64,000 nt of DNA from an uncultured Gammaproteobacteria bacterium (GTDB lineage Bacteria; Patescibacteriota; Patescibacteriia; Magasanikbacterales; JBBTQS01), in contig OZ246400.1 in assembly GCA_965230935.1 (NCBI GenBank), positions 566,359 to 630,358 on the forward strand. The letters are read 5' to 3'. Positions 1 through 11,045 of the stretch are shown one piece after another. A model generated the notes under the pieces. It searched no databases and was not told where the DNA came from. It saw nothing but the letters and a program-made list of their open reading frames with translations. The position numbers and the translations under genes are program-made. Position 1 is the first letter of the stretch. Each line of letters begins with the position of its first letter.

Positions 1-904
1 TTACATTCAAGCACAGGCTGATCATACGGTAAGTCTGCAAGCCACATCCTTAAACCTGTCATTTATCGCAAACGGTTCGAGTAATAATTTGACCGTTGCA
101 CCAGAAGAGCCAATTACGTTTTCACTATTTTACAAAAACACCGGGGAGAAAACCATTAACAACCTTAGTATAAAAGCGATTCTCGACGTACCAAGTGTTG
201 GTGGAGTCAGCGTACTACCAAGTGAGAGTCTTGATGCAGGAGCTGATCCTATCATCGACGAAACACAAGTAAACCCTGACACACAACAAATCACATTGAG
301 CTGGAGCAGACAGGAGTTATCGAGTTTAGCACAGCTGAGTGGTGGAGCTGAAGACTCAATCCCGTTTACCATGTCTTTGGCTTCCCAAACGGCATTTGAT
401 TACTCAGCGCTCAACCAATTTACTATCAGTGCGCTTGCCCAAGGTGAATTTGATGATGGTGCGCAAGTCACCATTCAAACACCACCACTGCTTATCTTTA
501 TCTCATCAGATACTGCGCTCCAGGCCAGTATCACCCCGGTAAATCCAGAAACCCTCGAGCCTACTAGTGCTGAAACGGATACCTACATTGTGTATTGGGA
601 ACTGGATAACACGGTTCATCAACTCAGTAATGCCACGGTCAAATCAACTATTTTGGGTACCATTGATTTACTTGGTCAAGAAACGTCTGTAGGGTCGCTC
701 ACCCATGACGAACCAAGTGGCAATGTTGAGTGGCTTATTGGTGATGTACAAACCGATGGCACCCAAAGCGCATCACTTATCATCCAAATCAAAAAAACAC
801 TCTCTGGGCAGACTGTTCTTATGACTCCTTCAACACTTCAAGCTGAAGATACGATTATCTCAAAATCAATATTGCGAAGCGCGCCGTCCATTGCGCTTCC
901 ATAA
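1..904 (+). CDS. 5'-truncated CDS (reading frame open from the window edge) for a repeat-containing, probably secreted or surface protein of unknown function
   Basis: The frame containing the track ORF 89..904 has no stop back to position 2. Internal degenerate repeats are present. No recognisable catalytic motif. Confidence 0.4.
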   Translation, partial: YIQAQADHTVSLQATSLNLSFIANGSSNNLTVAPEEPITFSLFYKNTGEKTINNLSIKAILDVPSVGGVSVLPSESLDAGADPIIDETQVNPDTQQITLSWSRQELSSLAQLSGGAEDSIPFTMSLASQTAFDYSALNQFTISALAQGEFDDGAQVTIQTPPLLIFISSDTALQASITPVNPETLEPTSAETDTYIVYWELDNTVHQLSNATVKSTILGTIDLLGQETSVGSLTHDEPSGNVEWLIGDVQTDGTQSASLIIQIKKTLSGQTVLMTPSTLQAEDTIISKSILRSAPSIALP

Positions 905-905
905 T

Positions 906-2096
906 CTACACGCGGTGAGCACGATATGCGCTCACTAACCACGGGCGTGCTGCAATTACAATCACCAACAGCGCGATTCCAAACATGCCAAATGTTTGCT
1001 CAAGACCAAACCATGCTGCTAGCCATCCAATACTACCAGCACTTATTGCCATAATGAGCGCTCTAAAAAACGTTGCAAGCGATAATGCTGTGGCGCGCGA
1101 ACCACTCGGGATATTGGTATTGATATAATTATCAACTCCGATAGACATCAGGCCATATGCTGCCGAAGCAAGTGTTGCACTCAGCACAAACGTCCATGGA
1201 TTATGCATAAATGGCGTGAGTAGGAGATAGCCGCCCACCAATGCGGCATTGATTCCTAAAAAGGTGACAATTGAGGTGCGCTCGATTATGCGAGAGACGG
1301 TTGCATAGGCAATAAATTGCGCCAGACGTTTAATAGAATACGCTACACCAAACAGTACTACTGCCAGACCTAAGTTATGAAACACCACTTGATGGAAATC
1401 TCCACTTCCAAATCCAAATCCTACAATGATGCCGTTGAGTAGTACTACCCAAAGCACGACCGGATGTTTACGAAGTTGTTTTACGGCAGTTGGGAAATGA
1501 GTAATAAAACGCCAAAATCCTTCTTGTGTTTTCACTGATTGCGTTTGCTTTGCTTGGGTAAATCCAGCTGCAAAAAAAGCCGCAAAACAAAAATGTACAA
1601 TACCAATGACAAATGGTAACCACCACTGCCATGCATAGGCCAACCCAGTAAAGAGTAACGTGATCATGCTATACAGATGACCAACAGCCTTGGCACGACT
1701 AAAGACATGGTGATAGCGATGAGATTGATTCTCTTCATCTAGACGTTCGTAAAGCAACGCACTGATGGTTCCACTCATAAAAGCCCCACTACCAAAATAC
1801 ATTGCAGATCCTGCAAGGACCCACCAAAATGATCCGCCAAGATAGAGCGCCATTGAAACTGCTTGACCCAAGAGCGAGACGACTAATGTTCGCTTGTGAC
1901 CAAGGGTATCTGAAACCATGCCGCTCGGAACCTCGAGAAGCAACGAAATAATATATGCAGTAGCAGCAATTAGTCCGATTTGTGTAACTGACAAACCAAT
2001 GTCGAGCATGTACAGTGGTAAAACCGGCAACACAAATCGCTTGAGAAGCGATCGCACAGCGTAGTACCGGTACAAATCTTTTTGAAGAGTCTTCAT
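906..2096 (-). CDS. MFS-type transporter
   Basis: About 12 predicted TM segments and an MFS-like loop (GMVSDTLGHKRTL). Start trimmed to the internal Met MKTLQKD (cat at 2094-2096); the upstream track residues look spurious. Confidence 0.55.
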   Translation of the reverse strand: MKTLQKDLYRYYAVRSLLKRFVLPVLPLYMLDIGLSVTQIGLIAATAYIISLLLEVPSGMVSDTLGHKRTLVVSLLGQAVSMALYLGGSFWWVLAGSAMYFGSGAFMSGTISALLYERLDEENQSHRYHHVFSRAKAVGHLYSMITLLFTGLAYAWQWWLPFVIGIVHFCFAAFFAAGFTQAKQTQSVKTQEGFWRFITHFPTAVKQLRKHPVVLWVVLLNGIIVGFGFGSGDFHQVVFHNLGLAVVLFGVAYSIKRLAQFIAYATVSRIIERTSIVTFLGINAALVGGYLLLTPFMHNPWTFVLSATLASAAYGLMSIGVDNYINTNIPSGSRATALSLATFFRALIMAISAGSIGWLAAWFGLEQTFGMFGIALLVIVIAARPWLVSAYRAHRV

Positions 2097-2167
2097 ACAA
2101 TGCAACCAGTGTATCACAAAATACAAAACTCGCGACCAGATGGCCACGAGTCCTTAGACAAAATGAA

Positions 2168-3139
2168 TTACTGGAATCGTTTTTTACATTGTTGGACCCA
2201 TTTTAGAAAACGGTACCATCGATATTTCATTGGACTCAGTACCACCTCATATGTCCCAGGATAAGAAACAACTTCACCACCAAACCCAATCTTAAACCGA
2301 GTGATTTTAAGATACCGATGAGATTGATCAAAATCATTTAGCGACATCTCTTTCCCGCCTGAATCTTTAACCCGAGGTGCAATCCCCCAAAAATCATAGT
2401 GGGTATATCCATTCTCTTTTGCCCATTTGATTGTTTCCCATTGCGCAAAGTGGGATCCCATGAGTTTTTTCTGCGCAAGCAATGATGCGCCAACTAAATA
2501 GTACAGCGTCTTATCAAACCCAATACAAAAATTTGCTGTGATCAAATCGCCCTTGTAATACGTTAACAACCACACTCCAGCTACCCCACCTTCTTCTTGC
2601 GCAACTCCTTTACAAAATCGTTGGTTCATCATCTGAAAATGCGCTTTTTCCCGAGAACGAATTCCATGACGTTTAAGCGTGACATGATGCAAATGCCACG
2701 CCGCATCAAATGTCTTATTATCGAGCGACTTGGTGGTAATCACGGTTTTCAACTGGTTACGCTCTCCAAGGCGAATATTGTACCGCGTCTTTGACTTCAT
2801 CTTTGGGAAAAACTGATCAAGTGGTTGCGTCAAATCAAGTACCAGTGTTGCGCTAGGATTCTCTTCTGCACATTTGCGTATCTGCAAGCCGGTTGCGACA
2901 AATGCATCCTTGGTTGCTGTATCAAATGGATCAATACGCAAAAAAACCGCTCCAGCTTTACGTGCTTTTGCAATCACTTCAGTGACATCAGTGCTTTGAA
3001 CATATCCACCATACCAATACATCCCTACATATGGGGCACGACGCTGATCAAAGGTAAGCTGATCACCCATGCGCACAAGCGTACTCTCTTCAGCCTCCAA
3101 CATGGCTAACCAATCAGGTGATTGTAAAAATGGTTTCAT
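2168..3139 (-). CDS. FemAB-family aminoacyltransferase (peptidoglycan interpeptide bridge formation)
   Basis: FemABX-like length and motifs (FLRIDP, YYLVGAS). Start at MKPFLQ, which places it directly next to the ruvA stop. Confidence 0.5.
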   Translation of the reverse strand: MKPFLQSPDWLAMLEAEESTLVRMGDQLTFDQRRAPYVGMYWYGGYVQSTDVTEVIAKARKAGAVFLRIDPFDTATKDAFVATGLQIRKCAEENPSATLVLDLTQPLDQFFPKMKSKTRYNIRLGERNQLKTVITTKSLDNKTFDAAWHLHHVTLKRHGIRSREKAHFQMMNQRFCKGVAQEEGGVAGVWLLTYYKGDLITANFCIGFDKTLYYLVGASLLAQKKLMGSHFAQWETIKWAKENGYTHYDFWGIAPRVKDSGGKEMSLNDFDQSHRYLKITRFKIGFGGEVVSYPGTYEVVLSPMKYRWYRFLKWVQQCKKRFQ

Positions 3140-3141
3140 AC

Positions 3142-3720
3142 TTATTGACTCATGTAGGACAACGCGCAACGCATACGAACTTCAAGTGTCCCATCACCTT
3201 CTTGCTCGCAAGCGAAAACTGCTGCGGCTTTTGCTTCATCTTTACGGTATCCCATCTGTTCAAGCGCCATGATAAGCGCTGTCAAATCATCATGGGGAAC
3301 TGATGTACTTTCTGAGACAAATGCATCAACCTTACCCTTAAGCTCCACCACAATTCGCTGGGCAGTCTTCTTTCCAATACCAGCGACTTGAGTGAGATAT
3401 TCAGTATCACCCCGCGTGATTGCTCCGCACAACTCACCTACTGGCCCAAGTGATAGTATATGGAGTGCACTTTTCGGTCCTACCCCAGAAATCGTCAATA
3501 ACTTTTTGAAAAACTCAAGTTGCTCACGCGTTGCAAATCCATAGAGCTCGTGTGCATTCTCGCGAATGGCCAAATGGGTATATAAGACAACCTCTTGCTT
3601 GAGTGTCAACGTACTCAAGAGATCTGGTCCAACCATTACCTCATACCCAACACCATGAACATCAGCAATCACCGATTGATCACACAGCTCAACTATGGTG
3701 CAGTGCAATCGGGAAATCAT
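3142..3720 (-). CDS. ruvA: Holliday junction DNA helicase RuvA
   Basis: N-terminus MISRLHCTIVE..VDVHGVGYEV plus the tandem HhH region (GVGPKSALHIL, GIGKKTAQRIVVEL). Confidence 0.85.
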   Translation of the reverse strand: MISRLHCTIVELCDQSVIADVHGVGYEVMVGPDLLSTLTLKQEVVLYTHLAIRENAHELYGFATREQLEFFKKLLTISGVGPKSALHILSLGPVGELCGAITRGDTEYLTQVAGIGKKTAQRIVVELKGKVDAFVSESTSVPHDDLTALIMALEQMGYRKDEAKAAAVFACEQEGDGTLEVRMRCALSYMSQ

Positions 3721-5213
3721 AATTGACGAAGCGCTTCAACGAGTAGATGAACTCCATGTCCAGTAGCACCAGCCCTAATCCACGGTTTTGGTTTCATATT
3801 CCAACCAGTACCGGCAATATCAAGATGTGCCCATGGATAGTCAGTAAACTCTTGCAAAAACGCAGCAGCAGTATTTGCCCCACCATAACGACCACCAATA
3901 TTTTTCACATCTGCGATCTTGGATTTGATAAGCGCGCTAAATTCAGGACCAAGTGGCATGTGCCAAATGGCATCACCAGTCTTCGCTGACGCGCCCTGCA
4001 ATACTTTGAGTAACTTTTTCTCCTCAGAAAATACCGCTGCCCGCTCATGACCAAGTGCAACCACACATGCTCCGGTCAGTGTGGCGAGATCAATACAGTA
4101 CTTTGGTTTGTACCGACCAGCATATGAAAGCGCATCTGCTAAGATCAACCGTCCTTCAGCATCAGTATTCAACACTTCGATTGTTTTGCCATTTGCCGCG
4201 CGCAAGATATCCCCTGGGCGATATGCTGCTTGACCAGAAAGATTTTCTGTTGCGGGAATTAATCCAATAACATTGACTTTTAACTTTAGCGCTGCGATTG
4301 CACGAACCGTTCCTATGACCGTTCCACCACCAAGCATGTCGTATTTCATCTCATCCATTTGCGCTGATGGCTTAATGGAAATCCCACCAGAATCAAAGGT
4401 GATCCCTTTTCCAACCAACACCGTGGTGCCTTTGCTTTTTGGCGCATTTTTGTATTCCAAAATAATGAACTTGGGTGGTTCAGCAGAGCCCCATGATACT
4501 CCAAGTAGCGCACCCATCTTTTCCTTTTTCATCTGCGCGCGATCAAGCACAGTACAGTTGAGCCGACCAAATTCATTGGCAAGCTTTTGTGCGCGCTTTG
4601 CCAGATACGTCGGCGTCATCTCATGTGGTGGCATGTTTCCAAGCTCGCGCACTAAGGTAATCGACTCACCAATATGCGAACCAACAGCTAATCCTTTTTG
4701 TACGCCTGCGCGCTTGTTCCCCGGGACATCACAAAGCGTAACCTGAGCAATCATCGTGGTCTTACTCTCCTTACTTGTTTTGTAGGTGTCAAAACTATAC
4801 GCGGCCGTGTGCACACCACGTGCAGTATATTCACCAAATTCAGCGTTACTCCATTTAGAAAGCACCGCACCTGGGAACACAAATCCTACTGAAGAAACTT
4901 TTTTACGTTGTGCGGCAATAATCCCCGTACCCACTGCCCGACGGAGTCGATCAAGGGTAAATTCTTTTTTCTTTCCAAGACCTAAGAGCAATACCCGCTC
5001 ATATCCACAATCGCTACTATGCGGATAGATCAAATGTGTGGTGTTGGATTTGGCTTCAAAATCACCAGTATCAATCATTTTCTGTAGTGCGCCATCGGTC
5101 GCCGTACTCATGCTTTGATATTCTTTTGGAAGTTTTTGATCAGAAAACAACGGTACCACCAACATAGGGAGCGGCCTTGTGATTTTTGAAAGCGTAGAAA
5201 AAGAAAATTGCAT
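3717..5213 (-). CDS. pepA: Leucyl aminopeptidase (M17, PepA)
   Basis: NTDAEGRL signature and M17 C-terminal catalytic domain. Start moved to MQFSFST (cat at 5211-5213) so it no longer overlaps ileS. ATGA overlap with ruvA. Confidence 0.8.
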   Translation of the reverse strand: MQFSFSTLSKITRPLPMLVVPLFSDQKLPKEYQSMSTATDGALQKMIDTGDFEAKSNTTHLIYPHSSDCGYERVLLLGLGKKKEFTLDRLRRAVGTGIIAAQRKKVSSVGFVFPGAVLSKWSNAEFGEYTARGVHTAAYSFDTYKTSKESKTTMIAQVTLCDVPGNKRAGVQKGLAVGSHIGESITLVRELGNMPPHEMTPTYLAKRAQKLANEFGRLNCTVLDRAQMKKEKMGALLGVSWGSAEPPKFIILEYKNAPKSKGTTVLVGKGITFDSGGISIKPSAQMDEMKYDMLGGGTVIGTVRAIAALKLKVNVIGLIPATENLSGQAAYRPGDILRAANGKTIEVLNTDAEGRLILADALSYAGRYKPKYCIDLATLTGACVVALGHERAAVFSEEKKLLKVLQGASAKTGDAIWHMPLGPEFSALIKSKIADVKNIGGRYGGANTAAAFLQEFTDYPWAHLDIAGTGWNMKPKPWIRAGATGHGVHLLVEALRQL

Positions 5214-5223
5214 AGATTTTGTT

Positions 5224-8151
5224 TTAGATTTTGGTAAGGGTAATAGTGGCTTTTGTATCAGCCACAGATACCTCGATAGATTGATCTGATTCGACTGACT
5301 CCCAACGCAGATCGCAACGACCGGCTGCTTCAATAGTACTCTGATGTTTCTGCAATGCATCGCGGAGCCAAGCATCCTCAGTGTGCACACCTACTTGTGC
5401 GCGATCAGTTATGGTAAGTCCAGCTTGTTTTCGCAATCCATTAATTGCACGCATACACTCTCGCGCTGCACCTTCTTGTCTAAGCGCATCATTCAATGCT
5501 GCGTCAAGCGTGACCGTCAATGTCCCTGCAGTTTTGGTGGCCGGCTCTTGCGCATCAGCTGCTGCACCATGTGCAACCTGTTTAACATTTAACTCATCAG
5601 CAATAATTTGTTCGTACGCCTCATCAAGTTTGTTAGTCCCTTCATACACAAACAACTGGAGTGGTTGGCGTACCCGTTGTTTGATCTGTGCGCGAAGCGC
5701 CAATCCCATCTCAACCAACTTACGTACCACATCCATTTGTGCGATTGCTGATGCATTGGTCTGTGATGGATCATATCCAGGCCAATCACATAAATGCACT
5801 GATTCTTGTTGCCCGCCAAGTTCCTGATACATACGCTCAGCTAAGTGCGGAGCAAAGGGTGCGAGCAGCTTCGTAAGCTCCATCACCACATGATACAACG
5901 TGGCATGAGCTGCTTGGGCATCTTCATCATCTGCTTTAAACCGATCACGACTTCGTCGTACATACCATGTAGACAATTCATTGATAAATTCACGAATTGT
6001 GCGAGTGGCGCGCGGCAAATCATAGCGATCCATATACCGCGTAACATCATCGCCAGTTTGATTTAATAACGCCATGATCCAGGTATCAAGCACATGCCCG
6101 GTTCCACAGATCTCCCCCCGTGGGGTATCGGCATGCAATTTCCAAAAGGCAACCACATTCCAACTGAGCAACATGACTTTTTTATATGTCTCATCAACTT
6201 CGCGCTCTTTGAAAAACAAATCCTCTCCACTCATCACCGCTGATGAGCTCAAATACCACCGCAAGGAATCAGCACCATATTTATCGACAATCTCCCATGG
6301 ATCAGGAAAGTTACGTTTTGACTTGCTCATTTTCTCTCCTTTTTCATTCAAAATTGTTCCGGTCACCAGCGTATTCTCCACGGCAATATCATCAAACATC
6401 AAGGTGCTCATCACCAACATAAAGAAGAACCATGTACGTGTTTGTGCAATGTACTCAACCACAAACTGCGCAGGATACCGCTTCTCAAAAAGTTCTTTAT
6501 TTTCAAAAGGATAATGATGTTCTGCAAATGGCATGCTCCCAGCCTCGACCCAACAATCAATCACCTCAATAACACGGTGCATTGACCCACCACACTTTTC
6601 ACATGACAACAACACGCGATCGATATTTGGACGATGAAAATCAATCTGTTTTACGTCTCGTGAGTCATACACCTCGTCATAATTGGTAGCCTTTTCTTGC
6701 AACTCGGCCAATGAACCAACACACACCTTCTGCTCACAATCTTCGCTGTCACACCGCCAAATCGGAAGTGGTGTTGCAAAATAGCGATTGCGCGAAATAT
6801 TCCAATCCGGCGCATTCTCCACCGTGTATTTAAACCGACCCTCCTTAAGATGATCAGGAAACCAGTTCATCTTTTGGGCCAACTCCAACAGTCGTGGTTT
6901 AATTTTTTGGATATTGATAAACCATGCTGGAATGGCATTATAGATCAACGGACTTTCACATCGCCAACAAAATGGATACGAGTGTGTAAACTGGGTGCGG
7001 GCAAACATCAATCCACGCTGCTCAAGATCATTTTTGATTGCTCGTTCGCTTTCTTTAAACTGCACCCCTCGCACCAACTCCGGAGCAATTGGCAAAAATT
7101 CACCACGAGAGTTAAGCAACGGCACCATCGGCAAATCAATTTGCACACCCAAATTAAAATCATCTTCACCATAGATCACTGCGGTATGTACCACCCCGGT
7201 TCCGTCTTCAGCAGTAACAAAATCAGCAGTAGTAACATAGTATGCTTTTTTACCGGTATCAGTGACTGCCGGAATATCAAACAACGGCTGGTACGTTGCA
7301 CCGACCAACTCCTTCCCCTTAAACGTATTAAGCACCTGATATTCCTGCTGCTCAAATAAATTCAAGCGGTCTTGCGCCAAGACATAATGCTCATCCTCGA
7401 CTTTGACCAATACATAATTGATGTCCTCACCAACTGCAAGCGCCATATTACCCGGCAACGTCCATGGAGTGGTTGTCCACGCCAAGACAAAAGTATTTTC
7501 CGGAAGATCATTAGGAGAGCTCGTCACTTTAAACTTGACGTACACTGACTCCTCAGTTACATCTTGGTAACTATTATCCATGGCTACCTCAAACTTGGAT
7601 ACCGGTGTTTCACATCGTGTGCAATACATCAACACTTTAAGGCCTTCATATAATAATTCGCTGTCCCAAATCCGTTTCACAGCCCACCACACACTTTCCA
7701 TGTAGGTTGAGTCCATGGTTTTGTATGACCCTTCAAAATCAACCCAACGGCCAATGCGATCGACCATCTTCCCCCATTCAGTTGCATAGGTCATCACATT
7801 GTCCTTACAGGTTTGGTTGAATGCTTCGATGCCAATCTCCTCAATCTGTTTTTTCCCACTGATCTTAAGCTGATTCTCGACAATATTCTCAATCGGCAAT
7901 CCGTGACAATCCCAACCCCATCGCCGTGTAACCTGATACCCTTTCATCGTAAAGTAGCGCGGCACCACATCTTTGATAGTGGAAGCCAACAAATGACCAT
8001 AATGTGGTAGCCCGGTTGCAAATGGCGGCCCATCATAAAACACATATGGGTTGTCTGCCGGACGATTGGCAATCGACTTCTCAAAAATCTGATTTTTCTT
8101 CCAAAACGCAGTGGTTTCTTTTTCCCATTCGGGGAGGTTTGGTGTAGGCAT
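5224..8151 (-). CDS. ileS: Isoleucyl-tRNA synthetase, type 2 (eukaryote/archaeal-like class I aaRS)
   Basis: FYDGPPFATGLPHYGH (HIGH region) and KMSKSKRN (KMSKS). The 975-aa length fits IleRS type 2 rather than ValRS. Confidence 0.7.
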   Translation of the reverse strand: MPTPNLPEWEKETTAFWKKNQIFEKSIANRPADNPYVFYDGPPFATGLPHYGHLLASTIKDVVPRYFTMKGYQVTRRWGWDCHGLPIENIVENQLKISGKKQIEEIGIEAFNQTCKDNVMTYATEWGKMVDRIGRWVDFEGSYKTMDSTYMESVWWAVKRIWDSELLYEGLKVLMYCTRCETPVSKFEVAMDNSYQDVTEESVYVKFKVTSSPNDLPENTFVLAWTTTPWTLPGNMALAVGEDINYVLVKVEDEHYVLAQDRLNLFEQQEYQVLNTFKGKELVGATYQPLFDIPAVTDTGKKAYYVTTADFVTAEDGTGVVHTAVIYGEDDFNLGVQIDLPMVPLLNSRGEFLPIAPELVRGVQFKESERAIKNDLEQRGLMFARTQFTHSYPFCWRCESPLIYNAIPAWFINIQKIKPRLLELAQKMNWFPDHLKEGRFKYTVENAPDWNISRNRYFATPLPIWRCDSEDCEQKVCVGSLAELQEKATNYDEVYDSRDVKQIDFHRPNIDRVLLSCEKCGGSMHRVIEVIDCWVEAGSMPFAEHHYPFENKELFEKRYPAQFVVEYIAQTRTWFFFMLVMSTLMFDDIAVENTLVTGTILNEKGEKMSKSKRNFPDPWEIVDKYGADSLRWYLSSSAVMSGEDLFFKEREVDETYKKVMLLSWNVVAFWKLHADTPRGEICGTGHVLDTWIMALLNQTGDDVTRYMDRYDLPRATRTIREFINELSTWYVRRSRDRFKADDEDAQAAHATLYHVVMELTKLLAPFAPHLAERMYQELGGQQESVHLCDWPGYDPSQTNASAIAQMDVVRKLVEMGLALRAQIKQRVRQPLQLFVYEGTNKLDEAYEQIIADELNVKQVAHGAAADAQEPATKTAGTLTVTLDAALNDALRQEGAARECMRAINGLRKQAGLTITDRAQVGVHTEDAWLRDALQKHQSTIEAAGRCDLRWESVESDQSIEVSVADTKATITLTKI

Positions 8152-8199
8152 AGTGTATACACTTTAGCCTATTTTTAGGGGCTCTGTCCAGGGTTTTGG

Positions 8200-8236
8200 C
8201 TATTTTGGCGAAGAGCCTTGGTTCTGTGGTATACTA
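8200..8236 (+). promoter_or_regulatory. Putative sigma-70 promoter with extended -10 (TGgTATACT) upstream of rpiB
   Basis: tgtggTATACT at 8225-8235, lying about 30 nt upstream of the rpiB start. Confidence 0.35.
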
Positions 8237-8267
8237 TGGGCACATGTGAATATAGTCTTAGTCTTCT

Positions 8268-8747
8268 ATGAAGGTATTTATTGGCGCAGATCATGCAGGT
8301 TTTGATCTCAAAGAAAAACTCAAAAAGTTCTTAGATGAACAAAAAACCAACGATATTTTGGAATATGAATACGAAGATGTTGGGCCGGCAAAACTTGATC
8401 CAAAAGATGATTATCCGGATATTGTCGCAAAAGTAGTAAAAAAGGTTGCCAAAGGAAAAAATAACTATGGTATTTTGTTGTGCGCTAATGCGGTTGGCGT
8501 ATGTATGGCGGCAAACAAACATAAAGGAATTCGTGCTGGGATTGGCTACAATACCTATGCAGCAAAGAGTATGCGCGAAGATGACAACACCAATGTATTG
8601 TGTTTGGCCGGTAAAGTACTCTCACACGAGTATGCCCGCGCAATTATGCGCATTTGGCTGGAAACACCATTTAGCGGCGAACCGCGACACAAACAACGAT
8701 TAGAGAAAGTTGCCGCGCTTGAAGAAAATTGGGACGGGAAAAAATAA
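8268..8747 (+). CDS. rpiB: Ribose-5-phosphate isomerase B
   Basis: MKVFIGADHAGFDLK N-terminus and the RpiB/LacAB fold length. Confidence 0.8.
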   Translation: MKVFIGADHAGFDLKEKLKKFLDEQKTNDILEYEYEDVGPAKLDPKDDYPDIVAKVVKKVAKGKNNYGILLCANAVGVCMAANKHKGIRAGIGYNTYAAKSMREDDNTNVLCLAGKVLSHEYARAIMRIWLETPFSGEPRHKQRLEKVAALEENWDGKK

Positions 8748-9427
8748 TGACTATGGCTGGATGTGTTTTGCTTCCATCTATTTTGGACGAACGTCAAACC
8801 ATTGCCAAACAACGCCTTGCCTTGTGCGAAGGCGTTGTTGATGTGGTGCATATTGATATTGCCAACAATACGTTAGTGCCAACAGGTATTACCGCTGATC
8901 CTGACGAAATTGCCGGCTGGGACAGCACCACCATGTTTGAGTTACACTTGATGGTTGATAATCCTAATGAAGTGTTGGAGACTTGGAGCACCTTAGGGAA
9001 TATCAAAAGCGTGATTGTGCATGCCGAAGCAACACAACTTGATGCACTACAGATGGCATCCCAATGTGAGCACAACGGATGGGAACGCCGCATTGGATTT
9101 AAAATGGATTCTGATCCGTCAGCATATCTTGCCCAGATTGAAAACCTAGATCCAATGGGGGTGTTGTGTATGGGTATTCAGAAGATTGGCTTCTCCGGAC
9201 AAAAAATTGATCTTGCACAACTCAACACACTCGTTGCGAATATACAAAAAACATTCCCTGAATCAGCTCATTGGGAATGGGAAATTGATGGGGGTGTTCA
9301 TCAGCCACACCTTGCGAAGTTGATTGCGCTTGGTTTTTCTCGCTTTGTCATGGCAAGTGAGATTTTCTCGACAGATGACCCGCAGCAAAAAATAAAAGAA
9401 CTCCAAACGCTCCTTAATCAAACATAA
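8747..9427 (+). CDS. Ribulose-phosphate 3-epimerase-like (TIM-barrel) protein
   Basis: VVHIDIANN..LHLMVDNP resembles the Rpe H-x-D / LHLMV motifs. Start set to the ATG that overlaps the rpiB stop (TAATG). Confidence 0.5.
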   Translation: MTMAGCVLLPSILDERQTIAKQRLALCEGVVDVVHIDIANNTLVPTGITADPDEIAGWDSTTMFELHLMVDNPNEVLETWSTLGNIKSVIVHAEATQLDALQMASQCEHNGWERRIGFKMDSDPSAYLAQIENLDPMGVLCMGIQKIGFSGQKIDLAQLNTLVANIQKTFPESAHWEWEIDGGVHQPHLAKLIALGFSRFVMASEIFSTDDPQQKIKELQTLLNQT

Positions 9428-10043
9428 TGTCATTGAGCACTTGTGGTTTGCTTGGACTCGGGCCTGACTGGCCTGATTTTTTTGACATGGATCGAACCAC
9501 ACTATCACTTCTTTTTCCTGTATCCGTCCCAACCTTGTGATGCTTTGCTGCAGTGTCAGCTTTGGCCGCAACTCCATGGGCTTTCATACGCACAATTGAA
9601 TCGCCCCCCTGTTGAATCGTCTCACCGGTTTCTTCAGCGCGTTTTTCTGCTTCATAACGCTCCATATTTTCTTCTCGACGCTGATCGCGCTTCATCTTTT
9701 CTTTACGCTTGGCAACTCGCTCTTCAATCGCTAATTCATGCAATGTTTTTTTGTGCTCAAATACTCCTTTCTCCCGCCCAGTACGAACCGCCATTTTGTA
9801 TGCGGCATCAGCGCTTTGTGCAGATCCCTTCATCAATCCTTCTTTATGAAGCGCTTTAAATACTGTCTTAGCATCACGGACGCTCATAGTACTTTTGGAC
9901 ATCGCGCGCTTGGCTGCATGGCTCCCCTTAAAAACATTCTGTACTGCTCCACCTTTAAGTGAGCCTTCTTTTAAGGACTTTGAAATCATTGATTTAAACT
10001 GTTGAGTACTAAACCGACGGAGTGGTTTTTGAGGAATTGTCAT
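9414..10043 (-). CDS. Hypothetical highly charged (K/E/R-rich) protein
   Basis: ORF with start at MTIPQKP (cat at 10041-10043). No recognisable domain. Confidence 0.35.
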   Translation of the reverse strand: MTIPQKPLRRFSTQQFKSMISKSLKEGSLKGGAVQNVFKGSHAAKRAMSKSTMSVRDAKTVFKALHKEGLMKGSAQSADAAYKMAVRTGREKGVFEHKKTLHELAIEERVAKRKEKMKRDQRREENMERYEAEKRAEETGETIQQGGDSIVRMKAHGVAAKADTAAKHHKVGTDTGKRSDSVVRSMSKKSGQSGPSPSKPQVLNDIMFD

Positions 10044-10071
10044 ATAGATAAGTATACCACTAGTGCGCGAG

Positions 10072-10977
10072 CTACAAAAATTGCCCAACAATAGACATCG
10101 CTTGTTCAACACCACTCACCCACTGCACACGATCATCTTTACGCCACCAGGTCAATTGGCGTTTGGCAAACTGGCGTGTGCGTTTTTTGATTTGGCTCAC
10201 TGCCTCTTCTTCGCTCACATCACCATCAAGATACGCGCCAATCTCTGCATAACCAATACTACTCATTGCCGGCAAATGTGCACCATATTGGTTGCACAAT
10301 CGCTGGGTCTCCTTGACCAAACCATTTACCATCATCTGATCAACACGTTGGTTAATCCGCGCATATAATTCATCACGGGAAATATCTGGTGCCAAAATAC
10401 ATGATTCGTACTGTGGGGTTTTGGTGTGCGACGATGGGTCGCTCCCTTGAGCGGCCACCTCAAGTGCGCGAATTAAATACCGTCGATTATGTTCGCCAAT
10501 TTGTTCAAGCCGATGGGGATCAACAGCGCGAAGTTTGGTGATGAGCTCATCAGTTGAACATGCCGCTAACTGCGCTCGCAATTCTTGATTTGGTTTTACT
10601 GTTGCAATATTGTACCCGTCAATTATTGCACTACAATACAAACTTGAACCACCGACTAAAAAGGGGATGTTACCTCGACCAATAATCTGATTAATCACGT
10701 CATAGGCATACCGCTGAAACAGCGCAACAGTATATTCTTCATCCGGAGTACAAATATCGATTCCATAATGAGCAATCCCGCTCACTCGATATTCGTCGGT
10801 ATCTGGTGAATCGTTTGGCTCTTTTGCAGTACCAATATCCATTCCACGATATAGTTGACGAGAATCAGCACTAATAATCTCGCCAGAAAACTGTTTTGCG
10901 AGCTGTAGTGAAAGCGATGTTTTGCCGCTTGCTGTGGGGCCAACAATCGCAATAAGTTTGGGAAGTGTGGTTGACAT
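10072..10977 (-). CDS. miaA: tRNA dimethylallyltransferase
   Basis: P-loop IAIVGPTASGKTSLS followed by SADSRQLYRGMDIGTAK. Confidence 0.8.
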   Translation of the reverse strand: MSTTLPKLIAIVGPTASGKTSLSLQLAKQFSGEIISADSRQLYRGMDIGTAKEPNDSPDTDEYRVSGIAHYGIDICTPDEEYTVALFQRYAYDVINQIIGRGNIPFLVGGSSLYCSAIIDGYNIATVKPNQELRAQLAACSTDELITKLRAVDPHRLEQIGEHNRRYLIRALEVAAQGSDPSSHTKTPQYESCILAPDISRDELYARINQRVDQMMVNGLVKETQRLCNQYGAHLPAMSSIGYAEIGAYLDGDVSEEEAVSQIKKRTRQFAKRQLTWWRKDDRVQWVSGVEQAMSIVGQFL

Positions 10978-11045
10978 ATCTACCTTGCGACTGTATCCTA
11001 CCAGGTCACACTTGTCTAGAGAATGTGTGGTACAATACAAATACT